Shown here in pieces: positions 40,601 through 55,600 of a stretch of DNA of 64,000 nucleotides (its first letter is position 1; every line of letters starts with the position of its first letter). The notes beneath the pieces were generated by a model. It ran no database searches, was not told the origin of the DNA, and was given only the letters and a program-made list of their open reading frames with translations. The position numbers were made by a program, and so were the translations under genes. The DNA is from Antedon mediterranea (Eukaryota > Animalia > Echinodermata), in contig NC_092674.1 of assembly GCF_964355755.1 (NCBI RefSeq), positions 27,528,001 to 27,592,000 of the forward strand. Direction: 5' to 3'.

Positions 40601-43600
40601 AAACCTTAACAGGCCCATTATATAGGAACATTCCCATCAGACTAAAATACCCCGCGCGCGTCCAAATCTGGTTCCACTATGACACAATGAAATGACGTAA
40701 CTGCACGCGATGTGAGTAATTTGGCCAATCACAAACGACAGCAGAGATATGCTTGTGCGTACGACGCTAGAGTAGACTGGAGAACCCGGCCGTCTACTTA
40801 ACGTTTCAGCATAATATTCATTTAAAGGTTAGCATAGTTTTAAAATTCTAATGCTATTAATAATATATCTCGAGTTTGGGATCATTCATCACAAATGAAT
40901 CGATGTGAACATTAATTTAGCTACTTAGGTATTCATGAAGGCGATTAAATCGTGCTACTTCCATTTTAGATGCAAGAAAATGTAACTAGAGTGCCAAGAA
41001 AAGTTCATCAATTTCACTGATGATACACACGGCGGGGGGTAATGTGTCACATAATCATACCTTCTATCCCCAGAGCATTTTCCAATCAGTAAATACTGTG
41101 ACAAATTGCCAACTTCTGTCCACCTCGACTGAATGTGAACGCGTATCTGTTTCTCAATCAAAGCATGATGGAATTACCTGATCCAAGTATTGTTATAATG
41201 TTGCTAAAATTAATAAAATAAAAAAAATTAAAATAAAAATAAATGTAATTTACAAATCTAAACCGTTATGCAACATAATCCCTATATACGTAGAGCCAAC
41301 CAAGTTTCCCTATAGTGGGTTACCCTGAGTAGGTGTTGAACGATTCCATCCCCTTCTGTTTATAGAAAAGAATCGCCTTAATAAGTGTGTCTCCTAACCT
41401 AAAAGGTGGAGATTCTGCAGTACAGTAGGCCTGTTGTTTAAAATGTCCACAAATGTTGATACCCAATTTCCAACGTACGACCATGGAGGAAATGGTACGA
41501 CGTTCACACTGTGTTATATTTGCATGGAGCAGCTAACTCGGCAAAGTGACGAGTTAAAATGGTAGGCTCTTGTTCTGTTTAAAGGCCAAGTCCGTTCGTC
41601 CCCCATCTTTCTCCTATCATCATTCCCCAATATTACCCACTTGGAAAGATATAATCTACCTACACAGATCTTGAGTTGAAATATTGTTTCTTATGACTAG
41701 ACTAGACAGGCCTATTTTGATTACAAAAATAATAAATTGGTAAGTGATAGGAGGAGGGTCGTAAAAAACAGATACACTATTGCGAACATCGTAAACTTAT
41801 ACAACAATTTTTACTGTAATCCATAAATGGATGTATTGTGATTTGCCAATCCAGGGTTGTATTATATATTTTTTATCTCTGCGTGAATGTTTTTACAAAT
41901 TTAATATATTCGATTTATTAGGTTAATTTATTTCACGTAGATACATTATCTCTTGTCACCTGTCGCTTCTTCATATTTTGATTACGTCGATTAGGTCGAA
42001 CTTTTCAATATCTAAGTTGTTTTTTATTAAGTGGGTTTGAGCGGGCTCGTTTTTTATTAACTTTCCCTCTTAACAAACTAATTGTAAAATATCCCCAATC
42101 AGAAGAAATTACAAGAACAATTGAAGTCAAGTTTCTGTTTAGTGGCACTGAAGAGATCGTTGTCTCTATACACGTCATTGCCAAATGTTATTTATGTTAT
42201 GGGTCAAGTAGTTTTCACATATGTATGTTTCTTCGCGTTAGGTTTTGCTCGGATACATATACATTAATACAACCTTCCATTTAGTTAAAAAAAAAAAATC
42301 AGACTTAAAATCGTGTTATTTCTTTCTAAATGATGACGTAATGTGTAGCTCAGTGTGGTATACGCACATTTCTGACGTCACATAGGTTAATAATGTCATC
42401 ATTCAATATAATTATGACATACGTACTTATTAGGCCGTGAATTCAAATGATGAAAATTGGTACACATTAATATTTAGTGGTAATATCACACGGTTAGTAT
42501 TTATATTAAAACGATGTGAATGAACGAACGTCGTCGTTGTTTTGTGGCGATAATTGCGTCTCATTGCACCTGAGACAAGAACAACTGTTGTAGGCACTAT
42601 ATATACATATTATTAAACTAATTGTCAATTTGGAGCAACATAAATATTACTGTTTGTCATGATTAGCATTCATTTTATCAGTTTTTAATAATGATATGCC
42701 TCTTTCCTGATATCCAGAATATGGCAATACTACTACAGGATAATGATACGCACGCACAACGTTAACTGTTTTAAAATACGAAATAAAAATATCGGTTTAT
42801 GTGGCCATACAACAGCTGTATCCACATAAATAATCGTAATAATTATTTTACCGGTTTTGCATTGTATAAAATGAATATTTTTTTGTATGTATTTAGCAAG
42901 AGACAATTAGACCTAAATACTGTAAAAGAATATTTTATAACCATGTATAGTGCAAAATACCGTAGGGCGAATTCCAGAGGCTGCTTTGAACAATATTAAA
43001 CTAGATAGGGGCCTAATTGTCTAGATAAACATATAACCCGAGACTGACATTATTAATTTGTAATAGCTATACGGTAGGTGACCATCAATCAGGTAACTAA
43101 ATTGCGTAAGATCTGAAATATTTTACAGTAGATCTATGTTTAAACAATCTCTTTTGGGACATCCCCCTTTTCAGGCGACATTTTCCGTAAATTGCCCGAG
43201 AGGGCAGTACGTTTTTACACACACGATCAACCCTCTATCCACAGTGGCGTAACGCAGAGGCTTGAGGCCCCTGGCTTAGGAACCAAATTGGCCCTCCAAC
43301 GCTGGAGACCTCGGGTGTTTTTAGCCTTTTTCGACATATTTTATTTAATGCCTGTTTTTCCTCTGGGCACTGCTCAGGGGTCCCATAAGATCCGAGCCCA
43401 TGGGTTAGCCATGACTGAGCGCTCACAGCCGTTACGCCACTGTCACCAGAGGCTCTAAGGTGTTCCATTAATAGGTATCATTCAAGTTAATTACACCAAT
43501 GGTGACGTCGTTGTTGTCAATCATTGACGTCTGAAATCATGGTTTAGTCCTATTAGTAGCATTATTTAAATTAATGTCGGCAATTTCCTTTGAAAATCAA

Positions 43601-46600
43601 ACACGATACATTGTTTATCGGTTTACAATTATTATAAAGTTGATCACATTTCATACATCGGATTTTAGTACCCATCTGAAGCCACCACCTTCTTCCCCAA
43701 TCAACTCGTTAACTTGTATTGTAAGAGTGTATACTTTACAATAATCATACTTGCGTGTGAAGTCATATACTATGGAAGGCCGTCGCTGCAAAAATTACCA
43801 AAAGCGAACAACGTACTTTTATGTGGGTTATGTTCGTTTGGTTCGTGTGTGCACGCATTCCGTTTTGGAGAACCATTTTTGAAAAAACTTGTCATAAAAT
43901 ATCGATAGGCGCATCCATACACGAGCTCTTCGTTTGACCCCGTGCATGTTGGTTATATCTAATGTGTTAGCATGAACTGACTTTATAACCTATATACTCC
44001 TTATGAATAGACTATTAATAGTAGATAGGTTATAACTTATAACTGACGAACAGGTGTGATTGTATATATATCGGTTACAAACGTGATAGCGTTATCAGTC
44101 GAATGATGTTATTAATTATTATAGGAATTATGCATTGATGTTTTATAATATAATGCATTCAATAATTATTACAGTTACTGTATATATACATGCATTTAAT
44201 TTTATGGAAATGGTTTTCAAAAGGAGACACGGATAGATTTAGGCCGTATTATTATGTAAACTGTTTGATTGTTTTACGCGTCATAGATCGTAATTTCAAA
44301 ATCGATAAACGAAATGTTGTATGTTGTGGTCATGTCTTGTCGACGACCTTTCATTTTCGATGAGCAATGAGTAGCGCGTGACAATTATGTTTCTGAGCGT
44401 GCGCACAAATGATTTTCACATCGTGAAACGAAATGTCGCTAAATTACTGCGTCCTGGGTTCAAATCGGTTACTTAAATTGATTTTGTTAAGCTCTGTCTA
44501 CACTATCAAACTAGTTTGACACAAATGTGCGATGTGCCCAAATATGGTAGTGAAATGTCCAAGTGTGGTAGTGATATGACATCATCATGTTCATCTATGG
44601 GCATGTCACATTTTTTTGTCACATAAAGTTTGATAGTGTAGACATAGCTATACACAGGTCTTCTAAGTTATTTTCCGCGCAAACAAGAACGACGATTTAC
44701 GTATTAGGAAATATTAACACGTCAACACATTTACGCAGGTCATCACCATCAACTTTTATTTTGACCTAGTATTAACATTCTAGTGTGATAAACACTTTAA
44801 ATCGCTGTAAAAGATCCACTCTCTCAATAAACTCTGAGAATCCGTGATGAGCGTATAACTTGCTTAGTGTTAGTGCTAAGTCCTCGGGGATTCACCGGTT
44901 TAACACTATCCAATAATAAGTAGACACTACACAAATTAAGTATAGTCGACAAGCCTAATTAAGTTTTACAATAGTGGTGTAGGCAATGTTCGTTAAATCG
45001 CTATTAAAATCAATAGTAATAAAACAAAATATGGATTTGTTTGTCTACATATGTACATTATGAACATGACGATATTAAACATTATTACTGATATGATATG
45101 AATTTTATGAATCACAATTTGTTTAGGCCTAAAATAATGTTATATTTGATTTTTTTAGTCAAAATCAATACTGTCGTCGAACATGTTTAATCATGCATGT
45201 GTATATTATATAGTTTGTTGCATTTCGAGATGTACCGAATGATAACATAGTTGAATGAAGAATTGTATTTTTTCATGCATTTGTTTTTATATATTTATTC
45301 TTTATACTGGGGTACCTCTTCAGCCAAGGGCCGTTCTCATAGAGGGCCCAGTATTGGACAAACAAGAAGAAACAAAGTTACAAAAAATACAATGAGAACA
45401 AATAAAAAACCCATCAAAAATGCATAATTAGACATTTAATCATATGATGCTTAACTTATATTTTAGACCTGTCTTTCAGTCTTTTTGATATTAGTAATCT
45501 TATTATTATTATTATTGTTGATTTGTAAGATTTTTTTTTGACCGGCTTTGCGACCTTGTTCTTTTTAATTGTGATCGTCATAGTAACACATAGACTACTC
45601 CTGACTAATTAGAAGAACGCAAAGATACTCAAAGCCCCAAGGTAATGACTTCTGATCATTAGGCGATGTAAAACCTCGGATTAATTACAAATAATATGGC
45701 AACTCTGTATGAACCACAAGTGATGAAGATTCTCCATAAAATTAAACTCCATGATACGACGTTTTGATGAATCTTGGTTACCAATCAAGATTGGTTTCCA
45801 ATAGGTCGCAACGTAAGCACGTAAGCCTTAAGTCTGATTGGTCAATGTGATTGCGTTGTGGCTTACATCCTTGCGTTGCACCCTAGTAAGAACCAAGCTT
45901 AAGACGCAGCGCAACGACGAGACGCAACGCACATGAGTTTGACCAATTATAAGCGAAAGATAAGATCGTGATTGGTCAAAACTTGTCCGACGACTTTTTA
46001 CTATACGCGACTACCCAACAATATGGAAACATACACATCATATTATTTCCGCTACATATGTCTATATTTTTACTTATAATTTTTCTTAAATCATATAGAT
46101 AATCATAACGTATTATTTTTCAACATCATTTCCGCCATTGTCCGTATAAAACTAAATTTACGTGACCAGAAATTTAAAATGCATTTTTATTATAAATTTC
46201 ATTTTATGTTTATCCTCAAAACCAGGTGTTTAGCAGTGGTATAATCGTGTAAGCATTCGTTCAATTAAACTGCCATCTAGATATTTCAAGTCATACATAA
46301 TGAGCCGACTAGTAGAAAATCACTGCATTATCATTAAATCGAAGGCATAGGCCTAAGTGATTGTTGTAAGCAAATAGACCAATTAATTCACTCGCACTTA
46401 TTGTCCACGCTGATTTCGTGCCCTTCGAAATACAATGATACACCCAATTACGGCCGACGTTCTTTCATTCATATATTCTGTTTTGGATGCAAATCCATAA
46501 TAAACAAATGCGATGGTTTAAAAAGTGAAGATACATATTAACATTAACATTTAGAAATCGCCTATTTCTATGATAATCTCATATGAATGATCAACGGGTC

Positions 46601-49600
46601 TTACTGTCATAACACATGGTAAAATATAAATGGAAATGTTTTTTAAACTGATTATTCAAATGATTGCAGTAACGACACAAACTACTATATCGATAAATAG
46701 CGAAGAAAATCAGCTAAAATACAAATCAACAAGAATTCTGTCTTCGACATTTTTTTTCAGAATATCGTTGGTCGATATTGTAACCGAACGTAAAATGATT
46801 AGACTTGCCCCAAGTCTGTAGTTATTTCGCGGCTTTTTGATGTTTGTCTGAAATCAGTAGTAGTACACGTATGAAACGCCATTAATTACGTCAAAACTTA
46901 TGGAACCCAGACTAGTTTAGATTGTTCAGCCCTTGTTGATTATACGTTTTGTTACTGAAGAAGTTTTGATGTGAAACTTGGTACACGTTAAAAGACTAAA
47001 GATTGTTTAAAGTTAATAACGTTATGAGTTATTTTAATTTATAATAGTCTCCAAAATGGACAGAATAAAATCGATATCGAACAATACAAAAAAATACTTA
47101 TTTTACGACAAATTTTCCTGAATAGCTTAAAGCGTGGTTCCCTCTAGCGACATAACGAAACGTAAAGGATTTGACCAATTACAAGCGTTGGATTATTCGA
47201 ACATTGGCTTGTCATTGGTCAATTTGCGTTAACAATTAGATTCACTTTAAAAGTTGTACACAAATAATTATTACCGCTATTAGTTTATACACTATAGTTG
47301 AGAAGAACTATATTGAACTTAATTTAAACCGTAACTATTAAATATTTATTCTTTATAATGGAACATTTAACAATGATGGAAAATAAATATTACAATCATA
47401 TACCCCACAAGTAGACGCGCGTGCAAAAGGGGATGGTACTATACAATGTGAACGGCATGACACATTAAACATTGTTGTAGAATTAAGTTAGATGTTAACA
47501 ACCACATTTCGAATTTTATTGATATCTGCTTTACACATTAATGGTTAAAGAATTCAATTTCTTAATCTGTTTAGACGACTAAAATTCTGGGCTCCGACAG
47601 TTTATAGTCGTATAGGTGGTTGATAACCGTTATCACAACGTGCGTGGACGTGATCTGAGATAGGCTAAGTAGGCATACGTTTTATTCACGAATGCTTGTG
47701 AGTTAATAGCTAGTTCTATTCATCATTTATAGAACGCTTTTTAAAAATATTGATAATATAATTATAATATTTCTGATGTACGCGCGCGTACGCTACGTGC
47801 CCCTTCGTGGTGAAAAAATTGTCCTATATGTCACTAAGATTATTTATGGTTTTTTGACATATCCACTGAAGCTATCAGAACACCGATTTGTTTCAAGTCA
47901 TGCGCATACGTTACGCTCTATTAACTTCTGTCTCTGATGCCGCATGATGGAATCGAAAGCTCCTATTGATAAATGTTCTTGCCCCAAGCTTATAATAACA
48001 TCGAAATTGAGAAATTCATGTCATTGAAAATGAATTAATTACATCCACTTATCAAGAAAGCTGTTTTATGACGAGGTAGGCCTATGTATGTAACCGAGTG
48101 AAACCCTCTTTAATTATTTTTGTATTTAAAATAAACCATTGATTCAAAAGAGCCCCACAGGGAGGTCGCAATACCACATAAGGTTTTTAACTTCAACTTC
48201 CGACCCCTTCCATCCTCCACTTCCCATCTCTGGTTGCTGCTGTATTAACCAATTAGAAAATTAAGTCATATTTATGCTTCCTATTCACTAGAAACAGATG
48301 AAAACACCTCACCTCTTTCTATATGGTGGATACACACGCGGAACAATTAGTTTGTTTATGTATTCGTTGCTACAAAAATATTTTCCTACATTATCTCTAC
48401 TTCAAATACATAATAGCGACAATATATCAAATATTCTTACGGTTATAATTGTTATCGATAATAATAAAGCTGTTTATCTATCGCCGTATGAACTTACGGA
48501 TGCTTCAACTTTATAGTTATATATTGAGATTGTATAACGTTGAATCGTGGATGTATAAATACATCCATAGTTGAATGTATTATTACCAAACATATTATTA
48601 TTATTTTGGTAATAGAGATCGTATGTTTGACACAAATTCATGCGCTTGCATGATATACATGTTCTGCTGGGCAAATTTATTTTAGGGCCTTCCAACCATT
48701 TAAAAACAGCACGCACCCAAGATTAGATATACCTGCAAATTTGTTAATGTTATTTCCAACCATGTTTAATCATTTGATACCTTTGACCTCAGAGCTACCC
48801 CTCACCCCCCCTCCCTCACCTAGCTTCTTCGACTAACATACTCCAGAATGTGGCATCCTCAAGGCATTCACATCTCAATGTATCTAGAGTTGCCTCTTAC
48901 GCTTACAACCTTTTATCTATAGAGACATTGATAAATGACATCTCGTCCCTCCTAAATTTGATCGTTTGCAAGCGACATCCCATACCACCGCTAACCGGCC
49001 CAAGCAAGCCCTTAGGCATACATAACCATACTGTAGTCCACTATTATAAATATCATTATTGGTAATGTTTTAGACATTAACATAATTATCATTATTCATG
49101 TCGGTTTTTAGTATGTCAAATTCATTAAACATTGGCCTACGCGCTTTTATTTCCAAATCGAAAAAAGGCTTACTGCTTTCTCGTTTCATCTCGTGATTAA
49201 CTTTAAAAACGACACGTTTCTCGGCGTTAACTACCTGATCACATTATGCCATCCATGTAAATTGTCCAATTATTAAAATACCACGACATAAATGTTTAAA
49301 TGACGTGTCGAATCTTATTTAAAAACTATTTTTATACACATACCGATACAGATTTAAATAAAGCTAATCACAGTCAATGTTTAACAAGAAACGTTTTATG
49401 TTTATAGCTTATGTTTTACATAATCACCCGAGATTATAATGCGCGCGCGTATAGGATATACATCTTGCGTGTACATACTGATGATCCTACATTAAGTGTT
49501 TTCCGTGATGAGCGTGTATATCGTGATACAGACAATATTTCTACATTAAACCCGATTATGTCTCCACAAAATGCAGTATCATGGCAAATTATATATACAG

Positions 49601-52600
49601 TGTCACTCTGTATTAAGTTAAGGTTAGATTATGCTTATGGCCTATGATACAGGCGTAACATGTGATACATGCGACACTGTATTACAGAATTTGCATATGA
49701 TACTGGACAAATAATATTTTCCGAGGAATCTACTAAATATTTATAACCCATAATCTAATCTCAGATTATGTCCATCTAATAATGGGTTATTTAAAACTTA
49801 ACAATATAATATGAATATATTAACCAATGTTCTTACTTGATTTGTTCCCAAACCTCGGAGCCATAATTACGTAACACCGTAAGCTGCAGAGCGTGGTTCA
49901 CGAAACCATACTGAAAACAAACATATTACGTAATAATTATAATGAAGTTCTTTCAAAATTGCAGAAAAATAATGAAGTCATAGTGTCAACTGTGACACCA
50001 CGAGGAAACACAAATGTCGATGCGTGTGTACAAACGCTGATAATGAGTAACACGTGTTAATGCACGCGTGCGTACACACACGCGCTTATAATAGGTAGTA
50101 CGTTTTTATGCACGCGCGCGTACACACGCGCGCTTATAATGAGTAAGACGTTTCCTTGTACGCGTGAGTATAAAGGCAGATGATCGGTACGTTTATGCGT
50201 ATTAAACGCTGATAGTAATACGTTTTCTTGTATGCGTGAGTACAAACGCTGATATTGAATAATACGATTTTTTTTACGGGTTCGAATGTGTCATTATCAC
50301 GATCTCTTCAATAATAATGATATACGTATAATAGTGTATTGATTGCTTAACCTAGATTAATGAATTCCCTGATAATAATAGTAATAACGTAAAAGTACTT
50401 AACCAATGAGTTTGACTATTATAATCTTTTTTTTTTCTAATGTAAACATTATAGTAATGAAAAATATAAATATATATATACAAATACAATTTTCTCCGTA
50501 ACGTTTTAGTCTAAAAATGATCAATTAAGATAATTGACCTTAGTGGAATTAAGGATGAGTGGTTTGATGTGAACGGTTGGGCGTGCGGAGACAGCTATCA
50601 ATTAATGGAAAATGAAATAAACTCATCATAATTCCAACCTCATTATTATTTAAAAACCAAAGTTCTAATGAACTTGACATATCGAATGTGCGTATAACAT
50701 ACCCCAAGAAATAGACGCCATCTTGTAACATTATCAATATGAATCGTGTATCATCTAAAGCTCTGTCTACACTTCTTGTGACAAAAAAATGTGATTTGCC
50801 CATATATGGACATGATGATGTCATATCACTACCATATCTAACTAGTTTGATAGTGTAGACAGAGTTTTAGGCGAATTTCCAATTAGGTAGGTAGGTAGGT
50901 AGTTAGGTATAGTAGGAAGGTAAAATATAATTCAAATATGTCTATATGGTTGGTTTCCATTGGTGTACATTATTCAATTATGGTCACTCTACACCTTGAC
51001 CCCCTCCCCAATTACTGTTTAACCAACGTTGTGAAAACCCTGTGTTCAGCTACAGTAGGTTCCCACTATAATTCAACACACGTAAGCGCAACGCAAGTAG
51101 TTTGACCGATCATGACGCGATGGATCATCATCCGAATTGTCGCTTGTGATTGGTTTATTTTATTTCAACAATGGGGTGGTTAATTTATTTGCATTACGAA
51201 TGTTTGTTCATTCATTTGCGTTACGCATTTACGCAAATGTTAACATGATATTTTTGAAATATAAGAAGTCCTGTACATTGGCCTCTACCAATACGTCATG
51301 GTCACGTAGTTTAGTGACTGATCAGTTATGACACTAATATATTCATGTGTTGAAAAAAATCAGCAGATTTAAGTTAATACTCATCATAGTTTATGAATAA
51401 TTTACTTATTTACTTCGGTTGTCACGTTTGGTTTATCAAGAATGCCAAAGTACCCGATAGACTAGCATGTTATGGGTTCTCATAATCTTTTAAGTAGTGA
51501 TTCAATTAATCCTTACGCTGGTCAGATCGTCTGTCAGTCCATACTAACAAAATAAGCAAGATTTAGTAATCAGGTGACCAATGCACGTGTAATATTAAAT
51601 ACATTTGTTACAGTTTTGCATTTCAACACAGTTTTAAGGGGACTTTTCGGGACTATCCTGGGCGTCTGAATTATCAATTACTTAAGCAATTCAAGTCACT
51701 TCTAAAATCTCACCTTTTCCAATAATTCTTGTTTGTCTTAGCACTTTGAGACATCAGTAAATAGCGCTTTATAAAAGTTTATTAATATTATTATTATTGT
51801 ATTATTATGAGTTCTACAACATCATTATTGTTACATAATCATTATGTATATTTGCATTATTCATTATTAAGTCATTACTTGCCATTACTTATTCAAGTGA
51901 TTATTTTAAATTCCCTATTTTTTACCGTTTACATCGGTTGGGCGACTTTGTCATTATCGTAGATTGTATTTGTTAACGTCTTCTACGTAATTTATTTTAG
52001 CGGTGGTATCGTTGCTTGATGAAGGTTTACTCATGTTTCTTCTTTACTGTTTTTAGATATATCGATATATTATTATCTTTCCAATTATTGTTGTTATCTC
52101 GAATTCATCTTCTCAGTACTCTCCATAGTGTAAACTGATCGTTTAGTATATTATTTATGTATATTCCGCATCGTTGCACGTTTTATATGAATGTTTCAGC
52201 TAAAATTTATCTCTGATTTATCACCTTTAAGCACATTTTATGATTTAATGCTTATTTTGCAGTGTTTTGCACTTATATTGTGTGTACTGTATAAGGTAAA
52301 AATCAATTACGTATGAGTAATGCATATGTTGTTGTTTAAAATGATAAATAAAAATACGTTAGGCTAATGTAAATGTTTATGATGCCCTATGTTTATCAGG
52401 CATCATTATTATGCATATCATCATTGCATCATCGTCATCGTCATCTTCGTCATCATCATCATCATCATTGTCTTCATCATCATTTGATCATCTTCGTCAT
52501 CATTGCCATTATCATGATCATCATTTCATCATCTTTATCATCATTTTCATCATCTTTATCGTCATCATCTTCCTCATTATCATCATCATCATTTAATCAT

Positions 52601-55600
52601 CATCTTTATCGTCATCATTGTCTTCATCATCATTACCATCACCACCATTTTTCATCTCCACCACCTTTCTCAGCATAGCTACGTGTATCATTATCGTTTT
52701 CACAAACACAGTTTAACACTGCAGAGTGAAATCCGCTGAATTTGTTTCTACGCGTGCGTACTGTAGCGTTTTGTGGACATCAACAAGAAGATATATTGCA
52801 GCAGTAACTATACGTAACTCTTTAATACAGCGCTCGTTATGCGCAATTTAAATAAATCTATACTGTTTTAAACTACCAAATGATATATTAGTTTGTGGTT
52901 TTAGTGTGCAATATGAAATACCCTTAATTACAGAACAGCCTCTGTGACCTATACGTATTATACGTTACCTAATAAATATTGTTATGATCATTGATTTCGT
53001 CATTAGGTGCGATACATAGTATGCATATATAGTGGTTTGTGCAGTCGTTTGAAATGACCAGCAGATATATATCAAGAGTATTTTCGTCATTACGATGCCC
53101 ATAATTTGTGTAATAACTATTTACCATTAATATCACTGTCACTCACATCGCATACGATTACAATGGTCAATTTCATCTTCGTCAAAGCATTATGGCGTTT
53201 TTCGTACATCATCTTAGAATATAAACACAGTTCTGTAGTATACATACGTACTCCTGCCCCACCCTTCCTAATCAATTACAGTACCTAATAATACAACAAA
53301 ATCTACAGGGGAACGCTCTGAAAGAAAATATACATGACATTAGCGATTCTCCAGTCATTGTCATGCGGAATATACCTGACGTATTGATTAATACAGTATG
53401 TATTATTATTATTATTATTTTTCCTATATAATACACTGAAATATAGCACCCTTTATTAGGTCACGAAAATCGTATTTATTATTGTTTTAGCAAAAAAAAA
53501 TCTATTGATAGATTTGAGAAAGAAACTGTAACACCATTAATGATTCTGAAACGGTACCAATAATTGGAGATGGTCCTTAGGGGCACAGACAAATCAAGGA
53601 GATAATGGAAGTACTAGTGCATCTGATCCCACCATTGCACACTCTAGTATACATTCGTTGAAAGGTTAACTTTGAATAACTAACACTGATATTCAGTGAC
53701 GAGAAAATAAAAACAGTTTAGAGCAAAATTGCATTAGCATGATTATTTGATTTGTGTGGGTTGTGGAATTGGAATGTGTTGTATGTAAATAAGAATTATA
53801 TTGCGTATAGTAGGTGTTATTGCTGTTTAAATTGTGGAATTTATAACTAGTACACGGACGTTTCCGTGGATAACAATATTTTTCATCACTTGATGAATTT
53901 CTTACGCTGTTATATAATTCAAATTCAAATTTGTCTTTATTTTTGTATTACATTTATTTTGCTTGTTCTAACGTAATTACGTCAGATGATGTTATAACTA
54001 CCCATTTGTGTATATACTACCGAACGTTGATGCACGCGTAAATAGATTAATTTTTGTTACGTTTATTTTGCTTGTTCTAACGTAATTACGTCAGATGATG
54101 TTATAACTACCCATTTGTGTATATACTACCGAACGTTGATGCACGCGTAAATAGATTAATTTTTGTTACGTTTATTTTGCTTGGTCTAACGTAACTACGT
54201 CAGAGATGATCTTTTAACTAACCATTTGTGTGTACTATCGTACAAACGCGTAAATAGATGTGTATCACGGTTTGTACGCGCGCGTTTTAGTTGTTATAGA
54301 AAGAAACTACCGCACTACAAGCATTTACCCTGATAAAATCAAACGTAACAACCGTTAGTCTATCACCAGTGCGTTTTCTAAATAAAATTATATTTTAGAT
54401 ATACGATAGCTTACACAAAGTACACGTAATTTCAATTACCGTACGATCAATCACAATGCTGATAAAACAGCAGTAGTAACTTGTGTGTGAGTAGCAACAA
54501 TAGTCATTTAGATTACATAAAGCAATCGTAATTCATCTCTGTTTTCTTAATTATCAGTTACAATGGAACGTTGTATATATTTCCAGAATAATAAACATAT
54601 GTTTCGAAGAATCAATTTGAAATACATTATATCTGCGTTATCTCTCTCTCTGAAAGTTTATCAACGTATTTTCCACAAAAATGTAATAGAATAACCCTCA
54701 TTCGTTCGTATTTATTTATTTGAATGTTTTTGGCAATGTCAGTATACGGTGTTCTTAAGCTTTGTCTACACTATTAAACTAGTTTGACATAAAGAGTGTG
54801 ATGTGCACAAATATGGTAGTGATATGCCCAAATATGGTAGTGGTGACATCATCATGTCCATATATGAGCACGTCACATTTTGTTTGTCACATAAAGTTTG
54901 ATAGTGTAGACAGGGCTTTAAAGTGTGTTAGTATTGAATGTTCTCGTTTAACAGAAACGAAAGATGAATAAGCTATCCATCTGAGTTAACGACCATCTTT
55001 CTTTTGCATAGCGTTATTTTGGTCTTTCTTTTTTCAATCTGTTCATCAAGCGATCGATCGATTCCTTCACATATGTCATCTAGGCCATCATCTTGTTTAT
55101 ACATTAATCATTCGACCAAATATGTAGTGGAAGAATTTAAGGGGATTGGTTCAAATCGTGGTAAAGCCGAAAGAGTATAAGACTAATCGACATGTGATTT
55201 CCCAATTGCTGTTGCGTGCTGAAATACAAACTCAATCCTACTTATTCTTATCCTAATTTTTCTATATTATCATGATAGTTATTAATATAATACGCTAGTT
55301 AGTTAGTATTGCACATTAATCTAATAAAAACAACAACATGGAGCATTACGTTCATCTTATGTCGCCCATAATGCATCATTAACTATCGATCTGTATGTCA
55401 TCAATCCATTTACCCCTGCAACCATTATTTTTACCAAATCCGCCTACAAATAAGTATGGCGAGCCGAAGTGACATTTAATTTAAAAATAGTTCAAATTGA
55501 GGATTTTTCATTGATAAATGCTCAAAGATAAAACATACAATTGCAAAAATAATGTTTAGGTAAAGAAATGTTATTTGATATATATTTAAGCCTGGTAATA

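Noticed and set aside
52373-52678. His/Ser/Ile-rich ORFs
   Set aside because: Translations of a (CAT)n microsatellite.
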